The notes under the pieces were generated by a model. That model saw only the letters and a program-made list of their open reading frames with translations, ran no database searches and was not told where the DNA came from. Positions 37,194 to 50,293 of a stretch of DNA of 64,000 nt are shown in pieces. The stretch's first letter is position 1. The number at the start of each line of letters is the position of its first letter. The translations under genes and the position numbers were made by a program. The stretch is from Malacoraja senta (taxonomy: Eukaryota). The DNA lies in assembly GCA_038087875.1 (NCBI GenBank), contig CM075991.1:4960001-5024000 (forward strand). The letters run 5' to 3'.

Positions 37194-39137
37194 GTATGAA
37201 TTATTCATGCAATTTAAAGAAAAACAACAGAAAATGCTGGAGTAATTCACCAGGGTAAATAAAAATCCTGGAGAAACCCAGCGGGTGAGGCAGCATCAAT
37301 GGAGCGAAGGAAAAGGTGACGTTTAGGGACGAGACCCTTCTCACCAGGTCAGGCAGAATTTCTGAACGGCATGAATAGGTGACATTGAGGGGCGCAACAC
37401 TTCTTCAGACCCACTGAATTACTCCAGCACGTTGTGGGTGCTTTTTCTTCTGCAAACCAGCACCTACAGTTCCGTGTGCCTCAACTCAAGCAATTTTCAC
37501 TGTTACGGTTCGAATCTATATTAACTGAGCTGACGTTCGCTTTCTAGCGTTGGTTAATTTCGAATTACCAGATAGACTGTTTGCAGTTTGGATGATCGTC
37601 AGGCATTTGAAGCAGTGTGTTCGTTGGAAAAATCTTAAATCCATGACCGTCAACCCCAGCCAAATATCTCTGTGACATTATGGGATGTGAACAATAGGAT
37701 AAGGGTTTCGTTATTGCCGGCCTTTAAAAGCTCCCGAGAGGGCGTTGGAAAGCGAACTTGATGAAACTCCGTTGTCATTGATATTGCAGAACATATATGA
37801 ACATTCGGTTAAGGCTGTCTGAATTTGAAGAAAGTGGTATTGATGAATTCGTAACATCTGTGGGAAACAAGTTGACCTGTGAGCATCATTTACAGGTAGC
37901 AGTATTCCGTTTTCGCAGTGTGCTCAGAATGGTTCCCTGATTTGTCCACGATGGAATGCCAACTGACTTGTTTGAAGATTCTAGACCAAATTTGAAGCCA
38001 TGCTTTTGTTCCAGATGAAACGGGGTGGCTCATATTTGGAGGTTGTTTCACAATGCTTGCGCTTCAAGAAAGTCCCACCGGTTTATTTCAGAGGAAAGTT
38101 GCGCCAAAAGCCCGACATCTTGCCTTGAAAATCAATGCAGTTATTCAACATTTTGACTTTCAAAATATTGTTTATGTTTACATTTTTGCTTAGCTTTACT
38201 GGATAAACTGGCTGAAAAATTACCAAACATTTACAAAACACGGAGTTCTCATGCCATTCTATTCTAGCACTCACTTTAGAGAAGAGTTTGGTAATTGAAT
38301 CACTTTAATCGATAAACATGATTTATCATGGGAGATTAATAATTAATAACGTTTATGACAAATTGATTAATCAGAACACCCTTACTTCAGACTGATTGCA
38401 GTAGGAGGGCGAATACTGGAAAAGACAGGTTGGGTGGGACGAAGCCTAACAGTGGCATCCGGTCAGCTAAAGAAATGGGTTGAGATTTGGCGGCATTTAT
38501 GAGACTTTGGATTCGCACAATCATTTACGGGAAACGGGGGAATATGAATCATGTACAAGGAGATAGGAGTTAGTGTTGACATCAGGTTCGGCACAGACGT
38601 TGTCGAACAAAGGGCGCGTTCCTGTGCTGTACTCTTCTATGTTCTATGTTAAGTGACAGGTAGATAGATAGATAGATGGATGAGGGAGATTTAATTGTTT
38701 TGATTGAGATCGCTTCAGGTCTGTTTATCCTCATGACATGAGATACCACGTGGCCTGGAGAGAATGATGACGACTCCAAGGGATTGTTTTGACACGTGAT
38801 GCTTGATTGGGAAAACCGATACGCCTTCACATCGTTACGTATTCATCTGTTTCAATGTATGTGGGTTTGAATTGGGAAGATTAGCGGACCAACGTGCATA
38901 ATTAGTGTAGGAAAGATCTGCAGATTCTGGTTTAAATCGAAGGTAGACACACCATGCTGGACTAACTCTGCGGGACAGGCAGCATCTCTGGAGAGAAGGA
39001 ACGGATGACGTTTTGGGGGTCGAGACCCTTCTTCAGACTTAATTAGTGGTTTAAATTTGTCAATGTTCGCAGATGTTTTCAAAAGATGTTGGATCCACTA
39101 CGCCGTTTGTGAATCTCCCCATATATTTGCCTTTAAG

Positions 39138-39251
39138 GTTTGGGAAAGAAGATCTCTAACATCGTTATCGCCTGTATAGTCCTTGGAATCGTTTTCATCG
39201 GCGAATTATTCACGCTGATGATAATAACAAGGAGAATGTCAGCGAGAAGAG
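39138..39251 (+). CDS. Transmembrane exon of the SRCR receptor
   Basis: tttaag|GLGKKISNIVIACIVLGIVFIGELFTLMIITRRMSARR|gtaagg; hydrophobic stretch followed by a basic stop-transfer segment; phase 1-1. Confidence 0.8.
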
Positions 39252-39700
39252 GTAAGGTTCAAATATTATACTGAACTACTATTGGGGTTAGTTTTACATA
39301 ACATTTCAAATGTTCCATTCACCACTTATTCAAAATTCGGTTATCACAATTAGGAATGAATGTAAATCAGTTTTAACATGTACTGATTTGAATTAAGGAG
39401 ATATTTAGAATTTAAAACCAGAGTGCAGTGCTGAACTACTATCTACCTTTTTGATGACACACGGAATATCCTTGATCGGACTTTGCTGGCGTTAACTTGC
39501 ACTAAACGTTATTCCCTTATCATGCGTCCATGCACTGTAAATGGATCAATTGTAATCCTGTATTGTCTTTCAGCTGAGTGGGTTCAGCATGTAACAAAAG
39601 CTTTTCACCGTACCTCGGTGCACGTGACAATAAACTGAAATGAAACTGAAAGTGATCATGTGAGCCGAGCGTGCCAATTAAACTTTTAATTTTTATTCTA

Positions 39701-40011
39701 AAGGGGCTGTCCCACTGTACGAGTTAATTCAAGAGTTCTCCCGAGTTTCCCCTGATTCGTACTCGGAGAATTACGGTATTGGCCGCTCGTAGGTACTCGG
39801 GGCTCTCGTGGACATTTTTCAACATGTTGAAAAATCTTCACGAGCTTACCGCGTTCCCCGAGTACCTGCCGTTAGCTTTATGAGCCGTTAAGAGACGTTC
39901 CCGAGCTCCGACGAAGCCGCTACGTACATTCTACGTGCTTACCACGAGTTTGATTTTTTTTTTTAACTCGAGAGCGCTCTTGAATTACCTCGTACAGTGG
40001 GACAGATCCTT
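39701..40011. mobile_element. MITE, PIF/Harbinger-like
   Basis: About 35-bp TIRs: AAGGGGCTGTCCCACTGTACGAGTTAATTCAAGAG versus the reverse complement of CTCTTGAATTACCTCGTACAGTGGGACAGATCCTT (3 mismatches); no ORF. Confidence 0.75.
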
Positions 40012-41729
40012 TCTGGAAGGCACGGTTTAAATGTATGTTTTTGGGTACTTGCTCAGTCGTTTATCTGATGGATGTGCTACTTCCCATTGAATAACTACTT
40101 AATTTCAGTCTCGACGATCTGATCCACATCCTCCAACATCCTGCTTATATGCTGCTGTCTGTCACACTGAGAAGATGCATTTTACTTGGGACTTTAAAAC
40201 AGAGATGCATTATTCTCTATCCCTTTGCAATTATTCGACAGAACACCGTCTTCTCCGCCACTTCAAGCCACGGATTCACTTCCTAATCGCGTGCACTCAT
40301 ACTGATGCTACCCACGCGTATCTGTCAATGTCGCCTATCTTCTCATCCGTTGATATGCGGACTATCATCTCGAGGGAGACAGAAGCTGAAATTGATTTTT
40401 CCCGAAGCTCCCTAATTTTGATCATTCTGGAGGTCATGTAATTAGTGCGTAGGAAGAAACTGCAGATGCTGTTTTAAACCGAACACAGACACAAAAAGGC
40501 TGTAGTAAATCAGGGGCGGAAATCACTCTCAAGACAAGGGGGAACACAATTCCTTGGTGGCCGCACGCGCGCACACACACGCGAGGCTTCGGAGGCTTCG
40601 GCCGTGGGCCCTGTGGACGATAACATCGGGAGCTGACCTGGTTGGTGACCGACTCCGAACTCCAGCAACAGCAGCTTCGTCCGCCCCGAATCGTGGGGCT
40701 TGAATCGGCCCGTTTGCTGGGCATTTCATCGCCTGGCCTAGCTTAAAACCGGCCGCGGGATCTTCCATCGCCCGGCGGGGCTTCAACATCGGGAGCCTCG
40801 GTCGCCTCGACGCAGCAATTTGGCCGCGGGATATGGCCGATTCAAGCTCCGCTCTATGATCTTTGATCTATGATCTAAAAATCCGGCCTACAAAACATGG
40901 GGAGGGGGGGTTGTCCCCCACCTCTCAAAACATGGAGGGGACGCCCTCGTCCCCTCCCGGGATTTCCGACCATGCAGGCAACATTACTGGAGAGAAGGAA
41001 AATGTGACGATTCGGGTCGAGACCCTTCATCAGTACCATAATTAGCCCGCATTTGTCATTCTACAATCTGTCGAGAGAGATCGTTGCATTTCACGCACGC
41101 AAAAGTTTAAAGCCGACTTTAGACTTTGGAAGTACAGTGTGGAAATAGGCCCTTCGGCCCATCAAGTGTGCGCCTACCAATGATCACCCTGCACACTACC
41201 GCCCTACGCACTACAGATATATTACAATTTACGGATGCCAATTAACCTAGGTCATTGGAGTGTGGGGGGGAACCGGATCATCCAGGGAAAACCCACGCGA
41301 TCACAAGGAGAACGTACAAACTCCTACTTTAGTTTACTTTACTTCATAGATACAGCGCGGAAACAGAGCCTTCGGCCCTTTGAGTCCGCACCAACCAGCG
41401 ATTCCCGCACATTAACACTATCCTACACTAGGGATAATTTACATTTATACCTAGCCAATTAACCTACAGACCTGTACGTCTTTAAAGTGACAGAGGAAAC
41501 CAGATCTTGGAGAAAACTCACGCAGGTCACGAGGATAACTTACAAACTCTGCACAGACAGCACCCGTAGTCGGGATCGAACCCGCGTCTCTGGCGCTCTA
41601 AGGCTGCATCTCTACAGCGGCGCCAGCCTACCTAACTCTCTTCTTTTTCCTATTTTCCATTTATGTTAAGTATTAAGTGTTAAGTTTGTGTTTTGCATAT
41701 CAGCATGTTAATCCCGACTCCCTGTTCAG

Positions 41730-41839
41730 CCAATGCAGTGATGAGTGGCGGGTATTTACCATCTGCCTATTACCAACATATTTATGAAGAGATTGAGAAC
41801 ACTCTTCCAAGCAACGACATCACCGGAACACAAGATCAG
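41730..41839 (+). CDS. Cytoplasmic exon 1 of the SRCR receptor (YEEI motif)
   Basis: ttcag|ANAVMSGGYLPSAYYQHIYEEIENTLPSNDITGTQDQ|gtgtat. The donor appears to be phase 0, which mismatches the next exon. Confidence 0.68.
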
Positions 41840-42892
41840 GTGTATATTTTCATTTGAAATCCATGCTTCAGCACGTAGATATTGCTACTCAAATTGCCCT
41901 GTTAATGATCAATGTGAAAAGAAAAAACAGTAAATATTAAATTTAAGGGGCAAAGAGAAGGCGTTATATACTTGGTGGTCAGACAATATAGGCGCAAAGA
42001 CAAAGTGCGTTTCATTCATTATCAATGATATGTCAACCATTTTAGTCATAACTTGGAATAATTAAAGTTAGAGATACTGTAAATTGAAGATCGTTGAGAT
42101 GGATGGGGAAAACAAAGACAATGGGTGTGCCACAATGAGGAAGTGAGAAGAGTAAATAACACAGACATTGCTGAGGGTGGTGGCGTCTGCATTTTAACAA
42201 CCTCTATCCACTTCACCGCCCTATTGCAGACTTTTCCTTTGTTCTCTCCACCCAGTGCACCTATTGTTAGCAACTTTGTACGACCTTAAATCTCTACCGT
42301 TTCTATTCCAATGAAAGAACTGGAAACCGCAACGTTAATTGTTCTTCATGTTCCCCAAATATTACCCGGTCCACTGATAACTTCGAGCAATTTTGGTTGC
42401 TATATGTGATCAACATATTGACTGGACACCAACAGGTATCAAGAAATCCCATTTGTGACGTTTTCCGATGACAATGAAATTGTCTCTCTACCCATGCGTG
42501 CAATGCAGTAGGAATATTTCTCAGTGTACGATATTGCTCAATGACCATATGTTTCAGTGTGGTATAAAATAGCCAGCAGTAGAATATTTCCTCCGTTATT
42601 TTGTATTGCCTATAGTATTCCGTGGGTCTTGGAATATAAAATGAACACGCAGGTTTACACGAGGCTTAGTTATTGGAGCCGTCAACAATATGATTGGCAA
42701 TCGAATGCCTTTCATTTAACATATCAATTGTTTTTATATTCATTCCTCTGGCGCGTTTTCCCCATAAATCAACAGAGTCCTTGTGTTGAGTCCTTGCAAT
42801 GGCGTCGTTTGAGATACTAGTGTACTGGCACCGAGACAATTAAATATTTATGAATCTTGCCTCAAATGACTATTGCTTTTATTCACTTCTAG

Positions 42893-43003
42893 GTTCTGGT
42901 TCCACTGATTATATCCATCAAATCGAATATTACCCCAGTGTTCTTCCGGATTGTGCACTTCTGGAGACGAAATTTTCTGAAGGAAACCCGTCGGGTGTTC
43001 CCG
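42893..43003 (+). CDS. Cytoplasmic exon 2 of the SRCR receptor
   Basis: cttctag|GSGSTDYIHQIEYYPSVLPDCALLETKFSEGNPSGVP|gttggt; 111 bp, phase 1-1. Confidence 0.55.
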
Positions 43004-43678
43004 GTTGGTGCATTTTTTTAAAATGTTTTCCATTTCCTCTTGCATTAATTCATTTTACCCATAATCAATAAGTACCCGGTATATGCAAACCATAAATTTA
43101 AACTGGAGGAACAACGCCTAATTGGAGGAACAACATCTCATATTTGACTTAGCTTACACCCCAGCGGTATGAATATTGACTTATCTAGCGTCAAGTAGCC
43201 CTTGCCTTACCTCTCTCTCCACCCCTCCCCCTTCACAGTTCTCCGACTACTCTGACTGTCCTCGTTTACATTTTATCTCTGTTTGCTTTGTGGTTACCTT
43301 CTCCGAGCTAACAATGATCTATTCTCAATTTTCCCTGATCATCACCCCCTTTGTCTCGTTTTCATACCTTACACTTCCTTATCTCTGTAGCCCCGCCCCC
43401 CCCATCCCCCCTTACTCAATCTGAAGAAGGGTGTCGATCCATTCCTCCTATCCAGAAATGCTGCCTGTCCCTTGGAGCTCCTTCAGCATTTTGTGTCTAT
43501 CTTCGGTTTAAACCAGCATCTGCAGTTCTTTCTTACAATATAATTTTTAAGGTCTATCCATATGCTTCGTACATCGTCTGAAATGGAGGACAGAATTCAC
43601 AAAGACAATAGCTCTATGCAATTTATCCCAAACTGCATTTTAGCCGGAATAATGTGTTTTCTTTGTTTTATTTCCCAG

Positions 43679-43791
43679 GTACAATTAACGCTATGTCCAC
43701 TCTACCTTCTTCCAAGGCGAATCAAGAGGTTGTGAAAAGAATTCCGCCTTCCTCCGAATATGTTAACACTCTCGAGTTGCCAACAAGATAA
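43679..43791 (+). CDS. Terminal coding exon of the SRCR receptor
   Basis: Strong pyrimidine tract, tttcccag|GTINAMSTLPSSKANQEVVKRIPPSSEYVNTLELPTR-TAA; AATAAA at 44044-44049. Confidence 0.55.
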
Positions 43792-44618
43792 ATATGCAGT
43801 CTTGAACATTTCATCGATACAACACATATTGAATTATTTTGAAGCCACTGGATTTGATTGTTTCCCATTATTTGCAGGAAAGGCCATTTGTTTCAGCTTA
43901 ACAGAAACCGGCAGATAAACTGTTAGAGCATTTTCTTTTCTAAAAGAGAATTTGCGGTCATATTGTTTTGAACGATTAACGAGCAATCGGAATTTGCCTT
44001 TGTAAATATTTTCTATATCTCATATAGGATATCGGAGGGGTCAAATAAATACGCTTTTCTAACCTGTATTTACGTCGTTTGATGGTTAGTATCCGTTGCA
44101 TTCTCAGTTTATCTAATATGGAAATATAGCAATCATAATAAATAGATCACATGGAATTCGTTATTAACGTGTTCATATTATTTCGAGAAATGCTTGCCAG
44201 CACTGGCGACAAAACAACGCCATGTTAGTAATTCCTCCTTATTTCAAAACTAGAGAAGAAGTACAGACTATAAATCCTTAGGCACCCACCGTTTTCCATG
44301 TAAACAAAAGACTCCTTAAAAGAAAATCCTAAGCAATTCTACAGGTGTATTAAGAGTAAACGTGTGGCGAGGGAAGGAATTGATCCCCTCAAGGAACAGC
44401 ACGGCCGCTTTTGCGGAGAGCTGGTATTGTTTGTTTAGAGACTGTTCATAATTCCTGTCTCCAAGGCCTTCAATTATGCTTTATATAGTGGGTTCCCTAC
44501 AATGTACTATCGCCATAGTACCTGCGAGAGCATCAACTCTGGCGCAACCTGTGATCAACGCGTCTTCATAAAGGGAATTAACACATATGATAATAGAAGA
44601 ACTGTGTTTTATTTTGCA

Positions 44619-46114
44619 ATGGAACGAAGTCATCCACTGCCAGTAGAGATTCGGATATTATTAGCTCTTTGTGATATACAGAAGTTTTACTATCCACTTC
44701 TTGCTGCCATTGGTATCCCCAGTATGTGCTCATTTTTATTAAGTTGGTAATTTGCCATATTTTCATTCGGTTTAAAGCAATCGTCTTTTCTGACAAGTTC
44801 AGTGAGTTCCAGTATTGCGGATGTTGCTATAAGTCAGAGATTCTGATCCTCATGCAAGCGGCTTTGACAACGGAAAGGCAAATAGAAACTCACCGACAGG
44901 GTCCTGAAATAAATTGGTGATTGGACTCAAGGAGTTACAATGCAGTCTATCATCGGTGAATTCGATTTGGACCAAGAATTCAGCCTCAGAACACATGTTC
45001 TTCGAAACACGAGGGACATGTGGCGATTCCTGCCGATTATAGCGAACTAGCTTAGACGGTGATAACCCTCTGCTGCTCATGTATGTAGCGATGTATTCAT
45101 TATTAAATTAGAAAGTTTAGTCTCCTATATAAAACAGAAGGTTGAATAATTGGATCCTTCCTTGGAAACAACTGCTAATCTCGCAACATCACCCTGCTGC
45201 TTCCCCCCTTGTGTGATTCCTGAAAGCCCTGTCCTCTCTTTCTTACAGTTAACCTGCTGACGATTGCCATCTTGTCTCGAAGAACATGTGGCCTCTCCAA
45301 ATGTGTCACCTGCTACCTGGTGGCCATGGCATGCGCAGATGGTCATGGTCATTATCATCGATCTAATTTTAAGGCATATTCCAATCGTTTTTCAGTTTGA
45401 ATTTGTATTGTACATCCCGCTGTGTAATATCCACGCTGCCCTGCTTTACGCAGCCACGGATTGTTCTGTCTGGTTCAATATAGTGTTTACCATTGATCGA
45501 TTTGTGGCTATCTGTAGTCAGAAATTGAAATCTAAATATTGCACTGACAAAGCATCAAAGGCGATTTTAGCAACAGTGACTGTCCTCTCCCTTCTAAAAA
45601 ACGTCAGCTGGTATTTTGTGTACACAGGAATCTATTGGCTTTTAAATGACACTTCGTTTTGTTTATTAAGAAACAATGTTCTGGATTCTCCTGCTTGGGG
45701 AGCGACTTAATTCCTTCATTTTATACTGACACCGGGATTTGCATTTATACTGATTTTTCTGCTAAACGCATTCACGGTCAGACACATTTTAGTGGCCAAC
45801 AGAGCGCGCAGAAGATTGCGGAACCAAAACACCGCGGAGCGCCCAAAAGACACGGAGATGGAAAACCGAAGGAAGTCCATTGTTTTACTCTTTGTTCTTT
45901 CTGGAAATGTTATAATATTATGGTTGATATTTATGGTATTCGGTATATGCGTTATTTGGGCTATATGTCTGTATCCATACCTTACTTTGTGCGAGAAATG
46001 GGCTTCATGCTGCAACTCTTGTGTTGCTGCACAAACACTTGTATTTATGCCGTGACCCAAACTAAATTCAGGATACAGTTTGCTCAGATTGTCAAGTACC
46101 CCTTTGTTAAATGA
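44619..46114 (+). pseudogene. GPR139-like: GPR139/GPR142-like GPCR copy A
   Basis: Exon 1 at 44619-44721, exon 2 at 45249-46114. Lesions relative to copies B-D: +1 frameshift near 45345, GAA>TAA at 45708-45710, a 10-bp deletion near 45947 and an 18-bp deletion near the C-terminus. Confidence 0.9.
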
Positions 46115-49100
46115 TGAACTGAATTGAAATAACACCGTCTGTCGAAAGGCACATTTTTGCCCAATCACTAGGAGTTAGCATGTAGGAAGGAACTGCAGAT
46201 GCTGGTATACACTGAAGATAGACACAAACATCTAGAGTAACTCAGCTGGAAAGACTGTATCTCTGGAGAGAAGGAATGGGTGTCGTTTCTGGTCGAGAAC
46301 CTTCTTCAGACTGAGAGTCTGTGGGAAGGGGAGCACAGAGGTATGGAAGGTTAAGGTGTGAAAACGAGACATCAAAGCGGTCGAAAATCAAGGAAAATGA
46401 AGAATAGATAATTCAATGTAGCATTAAATGGAATCAGTAAGACAGTCAGAATGGTCGGAGAACTAGGATGGAGGATGGAAGGTGAGGGAGGTAAAGCAAG
46501 GGTTACTTGAAGTTAGAGAAGTCGATATTCATGCCGCTGTGTTGCAAGCTGCCCAAGCCGAATATGTGGTGCTATTCCTCCAATTTGCGTTGGGTTACTC
46601 TCTGGCAGTGGAGGAGGTCCGGGATAGAAAGGTCTGGAGACGAATGAGCTGCAGATGGGTAAATTAGTTACAACTGTAAATTGTGGTTCGTGTGTTGGTG
46701 AGTGGTAGAATCTCGAGGGGGGGTGAATGGGAGTGTTGCGAGAATAACAATGACTTTAAATGAATGTTCGGTGGTCGGCGGAGTCAATGAGCCGACGGGC
46801 GTGTTTCCCGCTCTACAATTCATTGACTCGAAGACAATGAATGAATATTGAATGCACCCGGCAGGCCACAAATGCTAACAATCTCCATGTAGCATTATGA
46901 AAGAGAATGGCAATTGTGAAAACATTATAAGATATATTATTGAGAAAATAATCAAACTGCTGAGCGGGTGAGAAGCAGCGGATCGGTGGAGAGATAGCAA
47001 TCATCTCCATTCCACTCAATCAATCTGAAGCAGCTTACCGAAAATAAACGTTGTATGTCCATTTCCCTCCATCGATTCTGTCTGACCAATGAGTTTTTCC
47101 GTGTAGAAGGGAACTACACGAAAATAAGCTGCCGGATTATACCGGAGATGGACACAACGTTCTGGAGGAACACAGCGGGCCAGGCAACACCTCGTTTCTT
47201 CTGACTGAAAGTATAGGGGATGGAACTGGAGGTAAGAACAGGTCCAAACCAATGAGTTATTCCAGTTGTTTGTTCTTTGCTGCGGCTTGCAGCTGTGCAG
47301 TCTCTTACTTCTCTACAAGAACTGATGCTGGTTTCACAGAACAGCTTTCCCAACCTTTGTAGAATCAGGCATATTGCATGGAAACAGACAGAAATATACC
47401 AAGTTCAATGAGTGAATGTAGATATGATGGTGGAAATTCAAAAGCGAATGCAGTTCAGATCAATGTACTGACATTTCTTTAAACATCAGATCGATTTTAA
47501 AAGCAGAGAATTGACGGGTTCAATGTTGAATATAGCCAAACCTACAGTTGAGTTGCTTAGATTTTGGAAAAGGCATTTTTCAACCTGATGCAACTGACGC
47601 TTTGTTGGGTCTCACCAAAATATAGTCGCCTTTTTGAATACCTTTCTGAAAGTAATTGTGAATTTTAATTTTGCGATCCCCCCGACACATTAGTTATTTG
47701 TTTATATCTAAATTTCATCCATCAATATATTAAACTTAACCAGTTTTGCCAATTAAACATATTGTCTCGCAGTTTCTTGAGATCGTGAACCTCAATTGCA
47801 TATTCCGTTGGTAACATTCCCTTTCCGAGACAGATGGTGGGGAATCTGTGGAACTCATTGGCACAGACGTGGGTGGAAGCAAAGTCATTGGGTATTATTC
47901 AAGTAGAGATCGATAGGTTATTGACTATTAAGAGTGTCAAAGGTTACGGGGAGGGTGCGGTTGAGGGGGGGGGGGGAATAGAACAGTCATGGTCGAATGG
48001 TGGAGAAGACCGGGTCGGATGTCCTGATTTTGCTCTTATGTCTTATTAATTAATGTCCCACAACAAATAAAATACCAATATTTAGCGACATAAGGAACAG
48101 ATGCGGGCAATTTGCGTAGAATACAATGAGTATTCCAGACGACGTCGATGGGTGAAGCATTGAGTCAGGATTCTTCATCCCAAACACGAACTGCATCTTA
48201 TCCATGTTTTCCAGAGATGTTGTTTGTCGGGGATGATTAAAAAATCTCTAAATATTTAAAATTCTATTTTTAAAAACCATAACTTGAACCTCAGTGATTA
48301 CCGCTCTTGCTAGATTAAAACAACAAATGTACAGCCGCTAAATTCACAACTGGTTTGGCCCAGTTCTCATATTTTCGTCTTTGCCAGTTTTCCTTAGCCA
48401 TAACTTCACTAATGGTTAATACATTTAAAATCAAATCTGCTCAATATTCTGAACCCGAGAGTTCCAGTGTTTCAATAGCCACTGAGAAGAAGTTCCCATG
48501 TGCCTTGTTTTCAATGACCCGAATCTGATAAACCGGTCTTCTCGTTCAAATATCTCCCATTCGTCAAATTCTTGAAACCTATTATCTCATCTTCCCCAAG
48601 ATGTCATGCTTCCAAAATCTCACTTCATTGATATAAACTCAAAAGAATATAGATTTAATGCTTACACTTCCCCCTTGCAATGTCTCAATGCCATGATCGG
48701 TTGTAAACATACATCTACGGGTTAGTTTAGTGAAAATGAAACCCATCTCATAGCACTACAACTAATTTTCCACGTTTTTCTGTCCATTACCAAACCTTTG
48801 CAAAAATACGCAATCAGGAAAGCAGAAGGAGGACATACATATAAACTGGCCGGCAAGGTAAAAATAAATCCTAAGCAATTCTACAGGTGTATTAACAGTA
48901 AAAGTGTGACGAGGGAAGGAATTGGTCCCCTTGAGGATCAGCACGGCTGCTTTTGCGGAGAGCTGGTATAGTTTGTTTAGAGACTGTTCATAATTCCTGT
49001 CTCCAAGGCCTTCAATTATACTTTATATAGAGGGTTCCCTACAATGTACTGCATACAGCCTGCGAGAGCATCAACTCCGACGCAACCTGTGATCAACTCG

Positions 49101-49156
49101 TCTTCATAAAGAGAATTAACACATATGTTAATAGAAGAACTGTGTTTTATTTTACA

Positions 49157-50293
49157 ATGGAACGAAGTCATCCACTGCCAGTCGCGATTCGGATATTATT
49201 AGCTCTTTGGGAAATACAGAAGTTTTACTATCCCCTTCTTGCTGTCATTGGTGTCCCCAGTAAGTATTTCTTTTATCAAGTTGGTGGTTTTATAAATCCA
49301 TTCTTAGAATTTACTAAGCCACAACTGCTTATCTCGCAACATCACCCTGCTGTTTCCCCCTTGTCTGATTCCTGAAAGCCCTGTCCTCTCTTTCTTACAG
49401 TTAACCTGCTGACGATTGTCATCTTGTCTCGAAGAAATTGTGGCCTCTCCAAATGTGTCACCTGCTACCTGGTGGCCATGGCATCCGCAGATCTACTGGT
49501 CATTATCATCGATCTAATATTAAGGCATATTCCAATCGTTTTTCAGTTTGAATTTGTATTGTACATCCCGCTGTGTAATATCCACGCTGCCCTGCTTTAC
49601 GCAGCCACGGATTGTTCTGTCTGGTTCACTATAGTGTTTACCATTGATAGATTTGTGGCTATCTGTTGTCAGAAATTGAAATCTAAGTATTGTACTGAAA
49701 AAGCATCAAAGGCGATTTTAGCAACAGTGACTGTCCTTTCCCTTCTAAAAAATGTCAGCTGGTATTTTGTGTACACAGGCATCTATTGGCTTCTAAATGA
49801 CCCTTGGTTTTGTATATTGAGAAATAATGTTCAGAATTCACGTGCTTGGGCAGCGATTGAATTTCTTCATTTCATACTGACACCGGGATTTCCATTTATA
49901 CTGATTTTGCTGCTAAACGCATTGACGGTCAGACACATTTTAGTGGCCAACAGAGCGCGCAGAAGATTGCGGAACCAAAACACCGCGGAGCGCACAAAAG
50001 ACACGGAGATGGAGAACCGAAGGAAGTCCATTGTTCTACTCTTTGTTATTTCTGGAAATTTTATAATATTATGGGTGATAATTATGGTATTCGGTATATG
50101 GCGACGAATGCGTTATTTGGGCTATATGTCTCTATCCCTACCTTTCTTTGTGCGAGAAATGGGCTTAATGCTGCAACTCTTGAGTTGCTGCACAAACACT
50201 TGTATTTATGCCGTGACCCAAACTAAATTCAGGATACAATTTGCTCAGATTGTCAAGTACCTTTTTACAGTAATTCTTAAATTTGTTAAATGA
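49157..50293 (+). CDS. GPR139-like: GPR139/GPR142-like class A GPCR copy B, 331 aa, two exons (49157-49259, 49401-50293)
   Basis: MERSHP...FYYPLLAVIGVP|INLLTIVILSRRNCGLSKC; seven hydrophobic helices; MASADLL (TM2), DRF (TM3), NTCIY (TM7), KFR (helix 8); 141-bp GT-AG phase-1 intron. Confidence 0.92.

Noticed and set aside
49022..49030. TATA box for the GPCR copies (TTTATATAG)
   Set aside because: A better match on the opposite strand, AT-rich context, and conservation is explained by recent duplication; no TSS evidence.
49142..49375. 77-82 aa ORFs upstream of each GPCR, as separate small genes
   Set aside because: They are GPCR exon 1 read through into the intron.
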